Assembly (NCBI GenBank): GCA_964057225.1
Contig: CAXKVF010000092.1
Span: 79,473-143,472 of the forward strand
Source of the DNA: Auanema rhodensis
Taxonomy: Eukaryota; Animalia; Nematoda
DNA length: 64,000 bases
Direction of reading: 5' to 3'
How positions within the stretch are numbered: the stretch's first letter is position 1; each line of letters starts with the position of its first letter. A program made the translations under genes and the position numbers. The notes under the pieces were generated by a model, which was not told the DNA's origin, did not search any database, and was given only the letters and a program-made list of their open reading frames with translations. Below, piece by piece: positions 39,001-54,600 of this stretch.

Positions 39001-42000
39001 AACTCGCTTCACGTGAAAGATAAAGAGATGCGGTTTTCAAAATTAGATTCCCCATGTCCATATTAGTCTAAAAACAAATTTTTATTGATATTGGTGCATG
39101 GTAACCATGACTTTGAATTTTACGTGAACTTTAATTTATGCTAATTAAATGTACACGTGATGTGCACTTGGTATGTAACTCGCTTCACGTGAAAGATAAA
39201 GAGATGCGGTTTTCAAAATTAGATTCCCCATGTCCATATTAGTCTAAAAACAAATTTTTATTGATATTGGTTCATGGTAACCATGACTTTGAAATTTACG
39301 TGAACTTTAATTTATGCTAATTAAATGTACACGTGATGTGCACTTGGTATGTAACTCGCTTCACGTGAAAGATGAAGAGATGCGGTTTTCAAAATTAGAT
39401 TACCCATGTCCATATTAGTCTAAAAACAAATTTTTATTGATATTGGTGCATGGTAACCATGACTTTGAAATTTACGTGAACTTTAATTTATGCTAATTAA
39501 ATGTACACGTGATGTGCACTTGGTATGTAACTCGCTTCACGTGAAAGATAAAGAGATGCGGTTTTCAAAATTAGATTCCCCATGTCCATATTAGTCTAAA
39601 AACAAATTTTTATTGATATTGGTGCATGGTAACCATGACTTTGAAATTTACGTGAACTTTAATTTATGCTAATTAAATGTACACGTGATGTGCACTTGGT
39701 ATGTAACTCGCTTCACGTGAAAGATAAAGAGATGCGGTTTTCAAAATTAGATTCCCCATGTCCATATTAGTCTAAAAACAAATTTTTATTGATATTGGTT
39801 CATGGTAACCATGACTTTGAAATTTACGTGAACTTTAATTTATGCTAATTAAATGTACACGTGATGTGCACTTGGTATGTAACTCGCTTCACGTGAAAGA
39901 TAAAGAGATGCGGTTTTCAAAATTAGATTCCCCATGTCCATATTAGTCTAAAAACAAATTTTTATTGATATTGGTGCATGGTAACCATGACTTTGAAATT
40001 TACGTGAACTTTAATTTATGCTAATTAAATGTACACGTGATGTGCACTTGGTATGTAACTCGCTTCACGTGAAAGATAAAGAGATGCGGTTTTCAAAATT
40101 AGATTCCCCATGTCCATATTAGTCTAAAAACAAATTTTTATTGATATTGGTGCATGGTAACCATGACTTTGAAATTTACGTGAACTTTAATTTATGCTAA
40201 TTAAATGTACACGTGATGTGCACTTGGTATGTAACTCGCTTCACGTGAAAGATAAAGAGATGCGGTTTTCAAAATTAGATTCCCCATGTCCATATTAGTC
40301 TAAAAACAAATTTTTATTGATATTGGTTCATGGTAACCATGACTTTGAAATTTACGTGAACTTTAATTTATGCTAATTAAATGTACACGTGATGTGCACT
40401 TGGTATGTAACTCGCTTCACGTGAAAGATAAAGAGATGCGGTTTTCAAAATTAGATTCCCCATGTCCATATTAGTCTAAAAACAAATTTTTATTGATATT
40501 GGTGCATGGTAACCATGACTTTGAAATTTACGTGAACTTTAATTTATGCTAATTAAATGTACACGTGATGTGCACTTGGTATGTAACTCGCTTCACGTGA
40601 AAGATAAAGAGATGCGGTTTTCAAAATTAGATTCCCCATGTCCATATTAGTCTAAAAACAAATTTTTATTGATATTGGTGCATGGTAACCATGACTTTGA
40701 AATTTACGTGAACTTTAATTTATGCTAATTAAATGTACACGTGATGTGCACTTGGTATGTAACTCGCTTCACGTGAAAGATAAAGAGATGCGGTTTTCAA
40801 AATTAGATTCCCCATGTCCATATTAGTCTAAAAACAAATTTTTATTGATATTGGTTCATGGTAACCATGACTTTGAAATTTACGTGAACTTTAATTTATG
40901 CTAATTAAATGTACACGTGATGTGCACTTGGTATGTAACTCGCTTCACGTGAAAGATGAAGAGATGCGGTTTTCAAAATTAGATTACCCATGTCCATATT
41001 AGTCTAAAAACAAATTTTTATTGATATTGGTGCATGGTAACCATGACTTTGAAATTTACGTGAACTTTAATTTATGCTAATTAAATGTACACGTGATGTG
41101 CACTTGGTATGTAACTCGCTTCACGTGAAAGATAAAGAGATGCGGTTTTCAAAATTAGATTCCCCATGTCCATATTAGTCTAAAAACAAATTTTTATTGA
41201 TATTGGTGCATGGTAACCATGACTTTGAAATTTACGTGAACTTTAATTTATGCTAATTAAATGTACACGTGATGTGCACTTGGTATGTAACTCGCTTCAC
41301 GTGAAAGATAAAGAGATGCGGTTTTCAAAATTAGATTCCCCATGTCCATATTAGTCTAAAAACAAATTTTTATTGATATTGGTGCATGGTAACCATGACT
41401 TTGAAATTTACGTGAACTTTAATTTATGCTAATTAAATGTACACGTGATGTGCACTTGGTATGTAACTCGCTTCACGTGAAAGATAAAGAGATGCGGTTT
41501 TCAAAATTAGATTCCCCATGTCCATATTAGTCTAAAAACAAATTTTTATTGATATTGGTTCATGGTAACCATGACTTTGAAATTTACGTGAACTTTAATT
41601 TATGCTAATTAAATGTACACGTGATGTGCACTTGGTATGTAACTCGCTTCACGTGAAAGATGAAGAGATGCGGTTTTCAAAATTAGATTCCCCATGTCTA
41701 TATTAGTCTAAAAACAAATTTTTATTGATATTGGTGCATGGTAACCATGACTTTGAAATTTACGTGAACTTTAATTTATGCTAATTAAATGTACACGTGA
41801 TGTGCACTTGGTATGTAACTCGCTTCACGTGAAAGATAAAGAGATGCGGTTTTCAAAATTAGATTCCCCATGTCCATATTAGTCTAAAAACAAATTTTTA
41901 TTGATATTGGTGCATGGTAACCATGACTTTGAAATTTACGTGAACTTTAATTTATGCTAATTAAATGTACACGTGATGTGCACTTGGTATGTAACTCGCT

Positions 42001-44306
42001 TCACGTGAAAGATAAAGAGATGCGGTTTTCAAAATTAGATTCCCCATGTCCATATTAGTCTAAAAACAAATTTTTATTGATATTGGTTCATGGTAACCAT
42101 GACTTTGAAATTTACGTGAACTTTAATTTATGCTAATTAAATGTACACGTGATGTGCACTTGGTATGTAACTCGCTTCACGTGAAAGATGAAGAGATGCG
42201 GTTTTCAAAATTAGATTCCCCATGTCCATATTAGTCTAAAAACAAATTTTTATTGATATTGGTGCATGGTAACCATGACTTTGAAATTTACGTGAACTTT
42301 AATTTATGCTAATTAAATGTACACGTGATGTGCACTTGGTATGTAACTCGCTTCACGTGAAAGATAAAGAGATGCGGTTTTCAAAATTAGATTCCCCATG
42401 TCCATATTAGTCTAAAAACAAATTTTTATTGATATTGGTGCATGGTAACCATGACTTTGAAATTTACGTGAACTTTAATTTATGCTAATTAAATGTACAC
42501 GTGATGTGCACTTGGTATGTAACTCGCTTCACGTGAAAGATAAAGAGATGCGGTTTTCAAAATTAGATTCCCCATGTCCATATTAGTCTAAAAACAAATT
42601 TTTATTGATATTGGTGCATGGTAACCATGACTTTGAAATTTACGTGAACTTTAATTTATGCTAATTAAATGTACACGTGATGTGCACTTGGTATGTAACT
42701 CGCTTCACGTGAAAGATGAAGAGATGCGGTTTTCAAAATTAGATTCCCCATGTCTATATTAGTCTAAAAACAAATTTTTATTGATATTGGTGCATGGTAA
42801 CCATGACTTTGAAATTTACGTGAACTTTAATTTATGCTAATTAAATGTACACGTGATGTGCACTTGGTATGTAACTCGCTTCACGTGAAAGATAAAGAGA
42901 TGCGGTTTTCAAAATTAGATTCCCCATGTCCATATTAGTCTAAAAACAAATTTTTATTGATATTGGTGCATGGTAACCATGACTTTGAAATTTACGTGAA
43001 CTTTAATTTATGCTAATTAAATGTACACGTGATGTGCACTTGGTATGTAACTCGCTTCACGTGAAAGATGAAGAGATGCGGTTTTCAAAATTAGATTCCC
43101 CATGTCTATATTAGTCTAAAAACAAATTTTTATTGATATTGGTGCATGGTAACCATGACTTTGAAATTTACGTGAACTTTAATTTATGCTAATTAAATGT
43201 ACACGTGATGTGCACTTGGTATGTAACTCGCTTCACGTGAAAGATAAAGAGATGCGGTTTTCAAAATTAGATTCCCCATGTCCATATTAGTCTAAAAACA
43301 AATTTTTATTGATATTGGTGCATGGTAACCATGACTTTGAAATTTACGTGAACTTTAATTTATGCTAATTAAATGTACACGTGATGTGCACTTGGTATGT
43401 AACTCGCTTCACGTGAAAGATAAAGAGATGCGGTTTTCAAAATTAGATTCCCCATGTCCATATTAGTCTAAAAACAAATTTTTATTGATATTGGTTCATG
43501 GTAACCATGACTTTGAAATTTACGTGAACTTTAATTTATGCTAATTAAATGTACACGTGATGTGCACTTGGTATGTAACTCGCTTCACGTGAAAGATAAA
43601 GAGATGCGGTTTTCAAAATTAGATTCCCCATGTCCATATTAGTCTAAAAACAAATTTTTATTGATATTGGTGCATGGTAACCATGACTTTGAAATTTACG
43701 TGAACTTTAATTTATGCTAATTAAATGTACACGTGATGTGCACTTGGTATGTAACTCGCTTCACGTGAAAGATAAAGAGATGCGGTTTTCAAAATTAGAT
43801 TCCCCATGTCCATATTAGTCTAAAAACAAATTTTTATTGATATTGGTTCATGGTAACCATGACTTTGAAATTTACGTGAACTTTAATTTATGCTAATTAA
43901 ATGTACACGTGATGTGCACTTGGTATGTAACTCGCTTCACGTGAAAGATAAAGAGATGCGGTTTTCAAAATTAGATTCCCCATGTCCATATTAGTCTAAA
44001 AACAAATTTTTATTGATATTGATGCATGGTAACCATGACTTTGAAATTTACGTGAACTTTAATTTATGCTAATTAAATGTACACGTGATGTGCACTTGGT
44101 ATGTAACTCGCTTCACGTGAAAGATAAAGAGATGCGGTTTTCAAAATTAGATTCCCCATGTCCATATTAGTCTAAAAACAAATTTTTATTGATATTGGTG
44201 CATGGTAACCATGACTTTGAAATTTACGTGAACTTTAATTTATGCTAATTAAATGTACACGTGATGTGCACTTGGTATGTAACTCGCTTCACGTGAAAGA
44301 TGAAAT

Positions 44307-46416
44307 AGATGCGGTTTTCAAAATTAGATCCCCCATGTCCATATTAGTCTAAAAACAAATTTTTATTGATATTGGTGCATGGTAACCATGACTTTGAAAT
44401 TTACGTGAACTTTAATTTATGCTAATTAAATGTACACGTGATGTGCACTTGGTATGTAACTCGCTTCAAGTGAAAGATAAAGAGATGCGGTTTTCAAAAT
44501 TAGATTCCCCATGTCCATATTAGTCTAAAAACAAATTTTTATTAATATTGCTTCATGGTAACCATGACTTTGAAATTTACGTGAACTTTAATTTATGCTA
44601 ATTAAATGTACACGTGATGTGCACTTGGTATGTAACTCGCTTCACGTGAAAGATAAAGAGATGCGGTTTTCAAAATTAGATTTCCCATGTCCATATTAGT
44701 CTAAAAACAAATTTTTATTGATATTGGTTCATGGTAACCATGACTTTGAAATTTACGTGAACTTTAATTTATGCTAATTAAATGTACACGTGATGTGCAC
44801 TTGGTATGTAACTCGCTTCACGTGAAAGATAAAGAGATGCGGTTTTCAAAATTAGATTCCCCATGTCCATATTAGTCTAAAGGAAATTTTTATTGATATT
44901 GCTTCATGGTAACCATGACTTTGAAATTTACGTGAACTTTAATTTATGCTAATTAAATGTACACGTGATGTGCACTTGGTATGTAACTCGCTTCACGTGA
45001 AAGATAAAGAGATGCGGTTTTTAAAATTAGATTCCCCATGTCCATATTAGTCTAAAAACAAATTTTTATTGATATTGGTTCATGGTAACCATGACTTTGA
45101 AATTTACGTGAACTTTAATTTATGCTAATTAAATGTACACGTGATGTGCACTTGGTATGTAACTCGCTTCACGTGAAAGATAAAGAGATGCGGTTTTCAA
45201 AATTAGATTCCCCATGTCCATATTAGTCTAAAAACAAATTTTTATTGATATTGGTTCATGGTAACCATGACTTTGAAATTTACGTGAACTTTAATTTATG
45301 CTAATTAAATGTACACGTGATGTGCACTTGGTATGTAACTCGCTTCACGTGAAAGATAAAGAGATGCGGTTTTCAAAATTAGATCCCCCATGTCCATATT
45401 AGTCTAAAAACAAATTTTTATTGATATTGGTGCATGGTAACCATGACTTTGAAATTTACGTGAACTTTAATTTATGCTAATTAAATGTACACGTGATGTG
45501 CACTTGGTATGTAACTCGCTTCACGTGAAAGATAAAGAGATGCGGTTTTCAAAATTAGATTCCCCATGTCCATATTAGTCTAAAAACAAATTTTTATTAA
45601 TATTGCTTCATGGTAACCATGACTTTGAAATTTACGTGAACTTTAATTTATGCTAATTAAATGTACACGTGATGTGCACTTGGTATGTAACTCGCTTCAC
45701 GTGAAAGATAAAGAGATGCGGTTTTCAAAATTAGATTTCCCATGTCCATATTAGTCTAAAAACAAATTTTTATTGATATTGGTTCATGGTAACCATGACT
45801 TTGAAATTTACGTGAACTTTAATTTATGCTAATTAAATGTACACGTGATGTGCACTTGGTATGTAACTCGCTTCACGTGAAAGATAAAGAGATGCGGTTT
45901 TCAAAATTAGATTCCCCATGTCCATATTAGTCTAAAGGAAATTTTTATTGATATTGCTTCATGGTAACCATGACTTTGAAATTTACGTGAACTTTAATTT
46001 ATGCTAATTAAATGTACACGTGATGTGCACTTGGTATGTAACTCGCTTCACGTGAAAGATAAAGAGATGCGGTTTTTAAAATTAGATTCCCCATGTCCAT
46101 ATTAGTCTAAAAACAAATTTTTATTGATATTGGTTCATGGTAACCATGACTTTGAAATTTACGTGAACTTTAATTTATGCTAATTAAATGTACACGTGAT
46201 GTGCACTTGGTATGTAACTCGCTTCACGTGAAAGATAAAGAGATGCGGTTTTCAAAATTAGATTCCCCATGTCCATATTAGTCTAAAAACAAATTTTTAT
46301 TGATATTGGTTCATGGTAACCATGACTTTGAAATTTACGTGAACTTTAATTTATGCTAATTAAATGTACACGTGATGTGCACTTGGTATGTAACTCGCTT
46401 CACGTGAAAGATAAAG
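44307..46416 (+). repeat. 6-monomer higher-order repeat (1055 bp), two tandem copies; further full copies at 48001-49055 and 53280-54334
   Basis: Ordered monomer types: A (GATCCCCC), B (ATTAATATTGCTT), C (GATTTCCC), D (CTAAAGGAAA, 175 bp), E (GGTTTTTAAAA), F. Type A starts at 44307, 45362 and 46417. Confidence 0.9.
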
Positions 46417-49407
46417 AGATGCGGTTTTCAAAATTAGATCCCCCATGTCCATATTAGTCTAAAAACAAATTTTTATTGATATTGGTGCATGGTAACCATG
46501 ACTTTGAAATTTACGTGAACTTTAATTTATGCTAATTAAATGTACACGTGATGTGCACTTGGTATGTAACTCGCTTCACGTGAAAGATAAAGAGATGCGG
46601 TTTTCAAAATTAGATTCCCCATGTCCATATTAGTCTAAAAACAAATTTTTATTAATATTGCTTCATGGTAACCATGACTTTGAAATTTACGTGAACTTTA
46701 ATTTATGCTAATTAAATGTACACGTGATGTGCACTTGGTATGTAACTCGCTTCACGTGAAAGATAAAGAGATGCGGTTTTCAAAATTAGATTTCACATGT
46801 CCATATTAGTCTAAAAACAAATTTTTATTGATATTGGTTCATGGTAACCATGACTTTGAAATTTACGTGAACTTTAATTTATGCTAATTAAATGTACACG
46901 TGATGTGCACTTGGTATGTAACTCGCTTCACGTGAAAGATAAAGAGATGCGGTTTTCAAAATTAGATTCCCCATGTCCATATTAGTCTAAAAACAAATTT
47001 TTATTAATATTGCTTCATGGTAACCATGACTTTGAAATTTACGTGAACTTTAATTTATGCTAATTAAATGTACACGTGATGTGCACTTGGTATGTAACTC
47101 GCTTCACGTGAAAGATAAAGAGATGCGGTTTTCAAAATTAGATTCCCCATGTCCATATTAGTCTAAAAACAAATTTTTATTGATATTGGTTCATGGTAAC
47201 CATGACTTTGAAATTTACGTGAACTTTAATTTATGCTAATTAAATGTACACGTGATGTGCACTTGGTATGTAACTCGCTTCACGTGAAAGATAAACAGAT
47301 GCGGTTTTCAAAATTAGATTCCCCATGTCCATATTAGTCTAAAAACAAATTTTTATTGATATTGGTTCATGGTAACCATGACTTTGAAATTTACGTGAAC
47401 TTTAATTTATGCTAATTAAATGTACACGTGATGTGCACTTGGTATGTAACTCGCTTCACGTGAAAGATAAAGAGATGCGGTTTTCAAAATTAGATTCCCC
47501 ATGTCCATATTAGTCTAAAAACAAATTTTTATTGATATTGCTTCATGGTAACCATGACTTTGAAATTTACGTGAACTTTAATTTATGCTAATTAAATGTA
47601 CACGTGATGTGCACTTGGTATGTAACTCGCTTCACGTGAAAGATAAAGAGATGCGGTTTTCAAAATTAGATTTCCCATGTCCATATTAGTCTAAAAACAA
47701 ATTTTTATTGATATTGGTTCATGGTAACCATGACTTTGAAATTTACGTGAACTTTAATTTATGCTAATTAAATGTACACGTGATGTGCACTTGGTATGTA
47801 ACTCGCTTCACGTGAAAGATAAAGAGATGCGGTTTTCAAAATTAGATTCCCCATGTCCATATTAGTCTAAAAACAAATTTTTATTAATATTGCTTCATGG
47901 TAACCATGACTTTGAAATTTACGTGAACTTTAATTTATGCTAATTAAATGTACACGTGATGTGCACTTGGTATGTAACTCGCTTCACGTGAAAGATAAAG
48001 AGATGCGGTTTTCAAAATTAGATCCCCCATGTCCATATTAGTCTAAAAACAAATTTTTATTGATATTGGTGCATGGTAACCATGACTTTGAAATTTACGT
48101 GAACTTTAATTTATGCTAATTAAATGTACACGTGATGTGCACTTGGTATGTAACTCGCTTCACGTGAAAGATAAAGAGATGCGGTTTTCAAAATTAGATT
48201 CCCCATGTCCATATTAGTCTAAAAACAAATTTTTATTAATATTGCTTCATGGTAACCATGACTTTGAAATTTACGTGAACTTTAATTTATGCTAATTAAA
48301 TGTACACGTGATGTGCACTTGGTATGTAACTCGCTTCACGTGAAAGATAAAGAGATGCGGTTTTCAAAATTAGATTTCCCATGTCCATATTAGTCTAAAA
48401 ACAAATTTTTATTGATATTGGTTCATGGTAACCATGACTTTGAAATTTACGTGAACTTTAATTTATGCTAATTAAATGTACACGTGATGTGCACTTGGTA
48501 TGTAACTCGCTTCACGTGAAAGATAAAGAGATGCGGTTTTCAAAATTAGATTCCCCATGTCCATATTAGTCTAAAGGAAATTTTTATTGATATTGCTTCA
48601 TGGTAACCATGACTTTGAAATTTACGTGAACTTTAATTTATGCTAATTAAATGTACACGTGATGTGCACTTGGTATGTAACTCGCTTCACGTGAAAGATA
48701 AAGAGATGCGGTTTTTAAAATTAGATTCCCCATGTCCATATTAGTCTAAAAACAAATTTTTATTGATATTGGTTCATGGTAACCATGACTTTGAAATTTA
48801 CGTGAACTTTAATTTATGCTAATTAAATGTACACGTGATGTGCACTTGGTATGTAACTCGCTTCACGTGAAAGATAAAGAGATGCGGTTTTCAAAATTAG
48901 ATTCCCCATGTCCATATTAGTCTAAAAACAAATTTTTATTGATATTGGTTCATGGTAACCATGACTTTGAAATTTACGTGAACTTTAATTTATGCTAATT
49001 AAATGTACACGTGATGTGCACTTGGTATGTAACTCGCTTCACGTGAAAGATAAAGAGATGCGGTTTTCAAAATTAGATCCCCCATGTCCATATTAGTCTA
49101 AAAACAAATTTTTATTGATATTGGTGCATGGTAACCATGACTTTGAAATTTACGTGAACTTTAATTTATGCTAATTAAATGTACACGTGATGTGCACTTG
49201 GTATGTAACTCGCTTCACGTGAAAGATAAAGAGATGCGGTTTTCAAAATTAGATTCCCCATGTCCATATTAGTCTAAAAACAAATTTTTATTAATATTGC
49301 TTCATGGTAACCATGACTTTGAAATTTACGTGAACTTTAATTTATGCTAATTAAATGTACACGTGATGTGCACTTGGTATGTAACTCGCTTCACGTGAAA
49401 GATAAAG

Positions 49408-51695
49408 AGATGCGGTTTTCAAAATTAGATTTCCCATGTCCATATTAGTCTAAAAACAAATTTTTATTGATATTGGTTCATGGTAACCATGACTTTGAAA
49501 TTTACGTGAACTTTAATTTATGCTAATTAAATGTACACGTGATGTGCACTTGGTATGTAACTCGCTTCACGTGAAAGATAAAGAGATGCGGTTTTCAAAA
49601 TTAGATTCCCCATGTCCATATTAGTCTAAAAACAAATTTTTATTAATATTGCTTCATGGTAACCATGACTTTGAAATTTACGTGAACTTTAATTTATGCT
49701 AATTAAATGTACACGTGATGTGCACTTGGTATGTAACTCGCTTCACGTGAAAGATAAAGAGATGCGGTTTTCAAAATTAGATTCCCCATGTCCATATTAG
49801 TCTAAAAACAAATTTTTATTGATATTGGTTCATGGTAACCATGACTTTGAAATTTACGTGAACTTTAATTTATGCTAATTAAATGTACACGTGATGTGCA
49901 CTTGGTATGTAACTCGCTTCACGTGAAAGATAAACAGATGCGGTTTTCAAAATTAGATTCCCCATGTCCATATTAGTCTAAAAACAAATTTTTATTGATA
50001 TTGGTTCATGGTAACCATGACTTTGAAATTTACGTGAACTTTAATTTATGCTAATTAAATGTACACGTGATGTGCACTTGGTATGTAACTCGCTTCACGT
50101 GAAAGATAAAGAGATGCGGTTTTCAAAATTAGATTCCCCATGTCCATATTAGTCTAAAAACAAATTTTTATTAATATTGCTTCATGGTAACCATGACTTT
50201 GAAATTTACGTGAACTTTAATTTATGCTAATTAAATGTACACGTGATGTGCACTTGGTATGTAACTCGCTTCACGTGAAAGATAAAGAGATGCGGTTTTC
50301 AAAATTAGATTTCCCATGTCCATATTAGTCTAAAAACAAATTTTTATTGATATTGGTTCATGGTAACCATGACTTTGAAATTTACGTGAACTTTAATTTA
50401 TGCTAATTAAATGTACACGTGATGTGCACTTGGTATGTAACTCGCTTCACGTGAAAGATAAAGAGATGCGGTTTTCAAAATTAGATTCCCCATGTCCATA
50501 TTAGTCTAAAAACAAATTTTTATTAATATTGCTTCATGGTAACCATGACTTTGAAATTTACGTGAACTTTAATTTATGCTAATTAAATGTACACGTGATG
50601 TGCACTTGGTATGTAACTCGCTTCACGTGAAAGATAAAGAGATGCGGTTTTCAAAATTAGATTCCCCATGTCCATATTAGTCTAAAAACAAATTTTTATT
50701 GATATTGGTTCATGGTAACCATGACTTTGAAATTTACGTGAACTTTAATTTATGCTAATTAAATGTACACGTGATGTGCACTTGGTATGTAACTCGCTTC
50801 ACGTGAAAGATAAACAGATGCGGTTTTCAAAATTAGATTCCCCATGTCCATATTAGTCTAAAAACAAATTTTTATTGATATTGGTTCATGGTAACCATGA
50901 CTTTGAAATTTACGTGAACTTTAATTTATGCTAATTAAATGTACACGTGATGTGCACTTGGTATGTAACTCGCTTCACGTGAAAGATAAAGAGATGCGGT
51001 TTTCAAAATTAGATTCCCCATGTCCATATTAGTCTAAAAACAAATTTTTATTGATATTGCTTCATGGTAACCATGACTTTGAAATTTACGTGAACTTTAA
51101 TTTATGCTAATTAAATGTACACGTGATGTGCACTTGGTATGTAACTCGCTTCACGTGAAAGATAAAGAGATGCGGTTTTCAAAATTAGATTTCCCATGTC
51201 CATATTAGTCTAAAAACAAATTTTTATTGATATTGGTTCATGGTAACCATGACTTTGAAATTTACGTGAACTTTAATTTATGCTAATTAAATGTACACGT
51301 GATGTGCACTTGGTATGTAACTCGCTTCACGTGAAAGATAAAGAGATGCGGTTTTCAAAATTAGATTCCCCATGTCCATATTAGTCTAAAAACAAATTTT
51401 TATTAATATTGCTTCATGGTAACCATGACTTTGAAATTTACGTGAACTTTAATTTATGCTAATTAAATGTACACGTGATGTGCACTTGGTATGTAACTCG
51501 CTTCACGTGAAAGATAAAGAGATGCGGTTTTCAAAATTAGATTCCCCATGTCCATATTAGTCTAAAAACAAATTTTTATTGATATTGGTTCATGGTAACC
51601 ATGACTTTGAAATTTACGTGAACTTTAATTTATGCTAATTAAATGTACACGTGATGTGCACTTGGTATGTAACTCGCTTCACGTGAAAGATAAAC
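49408..51695 (+). repeat. 5-monomer higher-order repeat (880 bp), ~2.6 copies
   Basis: C-type monomers start at 49408, 50288 and 51168. The GATAAACAG variant ends the monomers at 49760, 50640 and 51520. The period is 880 bp. Confidence 0.85.
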
Positions 51696-54600
51696 AGATG
51701 CGGTTTTCAAAATTAGATTCCCCATGTCCATATTAGTCTAAAAACAAATTTTTATTAATATTGCTTCATGGTAACCATGACTTTGAAATTTACGTGAACT
51801 TTAATTTATGCTAATTAAATGTACACGTGATGTGCACTTGGTATGTAACTCGCTTCACGTGAAAGATAAAGAGATGCGGTTTTCAAAATTAGATTCCCCA
51901 TGTCCATATTAGTCTAAAAACAAATTTTTATTTATATTGGTTCATGGTAACCATGACTTTGAAATTTACGTGAACTTTAATTTATGCTAATTAAATGTAC
52001 ACGTGATGTGCACTTGGTATGTAACTCGCTTCACGTGAAAGATAAAGAGATGCGGTTTTCAAAATTAGATTCCCCATGTCCATATTAGTCTAAAAACAAA
52101 TTTTTATTGATATTGCTTCATGGTAACCATGACTTTGAAATTTACGTGAACTTTAATTTATGCTAATTAAATGTACACGTGATGTGCACTTGGTATGTAA
52201 CTCGCTTCACGTGAAAGATAAAGAGATGCGGTTTTCAAAATTAGATTCCCCATGTCCATATTAGTCTAAAAACAAATTTTTATTGATATTGGTGCATGGT
52301 AACCATGACTTTGAAATTTACGTGAACTTTAATTTATGCTAATTAAATGTACACGTGATGTGCACTTGGTATGTAACTCGCTTCACGTGAAAGATGAAGA
52401 GATGCTGTTTTCAAAATTAGATTCCCCATGTCCATATTAGTCTAAAAACAAAATTTTATTGATATTGGTGCATGGTAACCATGACTTTGAAATTTACGTG
52501 AACTTTAATTTATGCTAATTAAATGTACACGTGATGTGCACTTGGTATGTAACTCGCTTCACGTGAAAGATAAAGAGATGCGGTTTTCAAAATTAGATTC
52601 CCCATGTCCATATTAGTCTAAAAACAAATTTTTATTGATATTGGTGAATGGTAACCATGACTTTGAAATTTACGTGAACTTTAATTTATGCTAATTAAAT
52701 GTACACGTGATGTGCACTTGGTATGTAACTCGCTTCACGTGAAAGATGAAGAGATGCGGTTTTCAAAATTAGATTCCCCATGTCCATATTAGTCTAAAAA
52801 CAAATTTTTATTGATATTGGTGCATGGTAACCATGACTTTGAAATTTACGTGAACTTTAATTTATGCTAATTAAATGTACACGTGATGTGCACTTGGTAT
52901 GTAACTCTCTTCACGTGAAAGATAAAGAGATGCGGTTTTCAAAATTAGATTCCCCATGTCCATATTAGTCTAAAAACAAATTTTTATTGATATTGGTTCA
53001 TGGTAACCATGACTTTGAAATTTACGTGAACTTTAATTTATGCTAATTAAATGTACACGTGATGTGCACTTGGTATGTAACTCGCTTCACGTGAAAGATA
53101 AAGAGATGCGGTTTTCAAAATTAGATTCCCCATGTCCATATTAGTCTAAAAACAAATTTTTATTGATATTGGTTCATGGTAACCATGACTTTGAAATTTA
53201 CGTGAACTTTAATTTATGCTAATTAAATGTACACGTGATGTGCACTTGGTATGTAACTCGCTTCACGTGAAAGATAAAGAGATGCGGTTTTCAAAATTAG
53301 ATCCCCCATGTCCATATTAGTCTAAAAACAAATTTTTATTGATATTGGTGCATGGTAACCATGACTTTGAAATTTACGTGAACTTTAATTTATGCTAATT
53401 AAATGTACACGTGATGTGCACTTGGTATGTAACTCGCTTCACGTGAAAGATAAAGAGATGCGGTTTTCAAAATTAGATTCCCCATGTCCATATTAGTCTA
53501 AAAACAAATTTTTATTAATATTGCTTCATGGTAACCATGACTTTGAAATTTACGTGAACTTTAATTTATGCTAATTAAATGTACACGTGATGTGCACTTG
53601 GTATGTAACTCGCTTCACGTGAAAGATAAAGAGATGCGGTTTTCAAAATTAGATTTCCCATGTCCATATTAGTCTAAAAACAAATTTTTATTGATATTGG
53701 TTCATGGTAACCATGACTTTGAAATTTACGTGAACTTTAATTTATGCTAATTAAATGTACACGTGATGTGCACTTGGTATGTAACTCGCTTCACGTGAAA
53801 GATAAAGAGATGCGGTTTTCAAAATTAGATTCCCCATGTCCATATTAGTCTAAAGGAAATTTTCATTGATATTGCTTCATGGTAACCATGACTTTGAAAT
53901 TTACGTGAACTTTAATTTATGCTAATTAAATGTACACGTGATGTGCACTTGGTATGTAACTCGCTTCACGTGAAAGATAAAGAGATGCGGTTTTTAAAAT
54001 TAGATTCCCCATGTCCATATTAGTCTAAAAACAAATTTTTATTGATATTGGTTCATGGTAACCATGACTTTGAAATTTACGTGAACTTTAATTTATGCTA
54101 ATTAAATGTACACGTGATGTGCACTTGGTATGTAACTCGCTTCACGTGAAAGATAAAGAGATGCGGTTTTCAAAATTAGATTCCCCATGTCCATATTAGT
54201 CTAAAAACAAATTTTTATTGATATTGGTTCATGGTAACCATGACTTTGAAATTTACGTGAACTTTAATTTATGCTAATTAAATGTACACGTGATGTGCAC
54301 TTGGTATGTAACTCGCTTCACGTGAAAGATAAAGAGATGCGGTTTTCAAAATTAGATCCCCCATGTCCATATTAGTCTAAAAACAAATTTTTATTGATAT
54401 TGGTGCATGGTAACCATGACTTTGAAATTTACGTGAACTTTAATTTATGCTAATTAAATGTACACGTGATGTGCACTTGGTATGTAACTCGCTTCACGTG
54501 AAAGATAAAGAGATGCGGTTTTCAAAATTAGATTCCCCATGTCCATATTAGTCTAAAAACAAATTTTTATTAATATTGCTTCATGGTAACCATGACTTTG

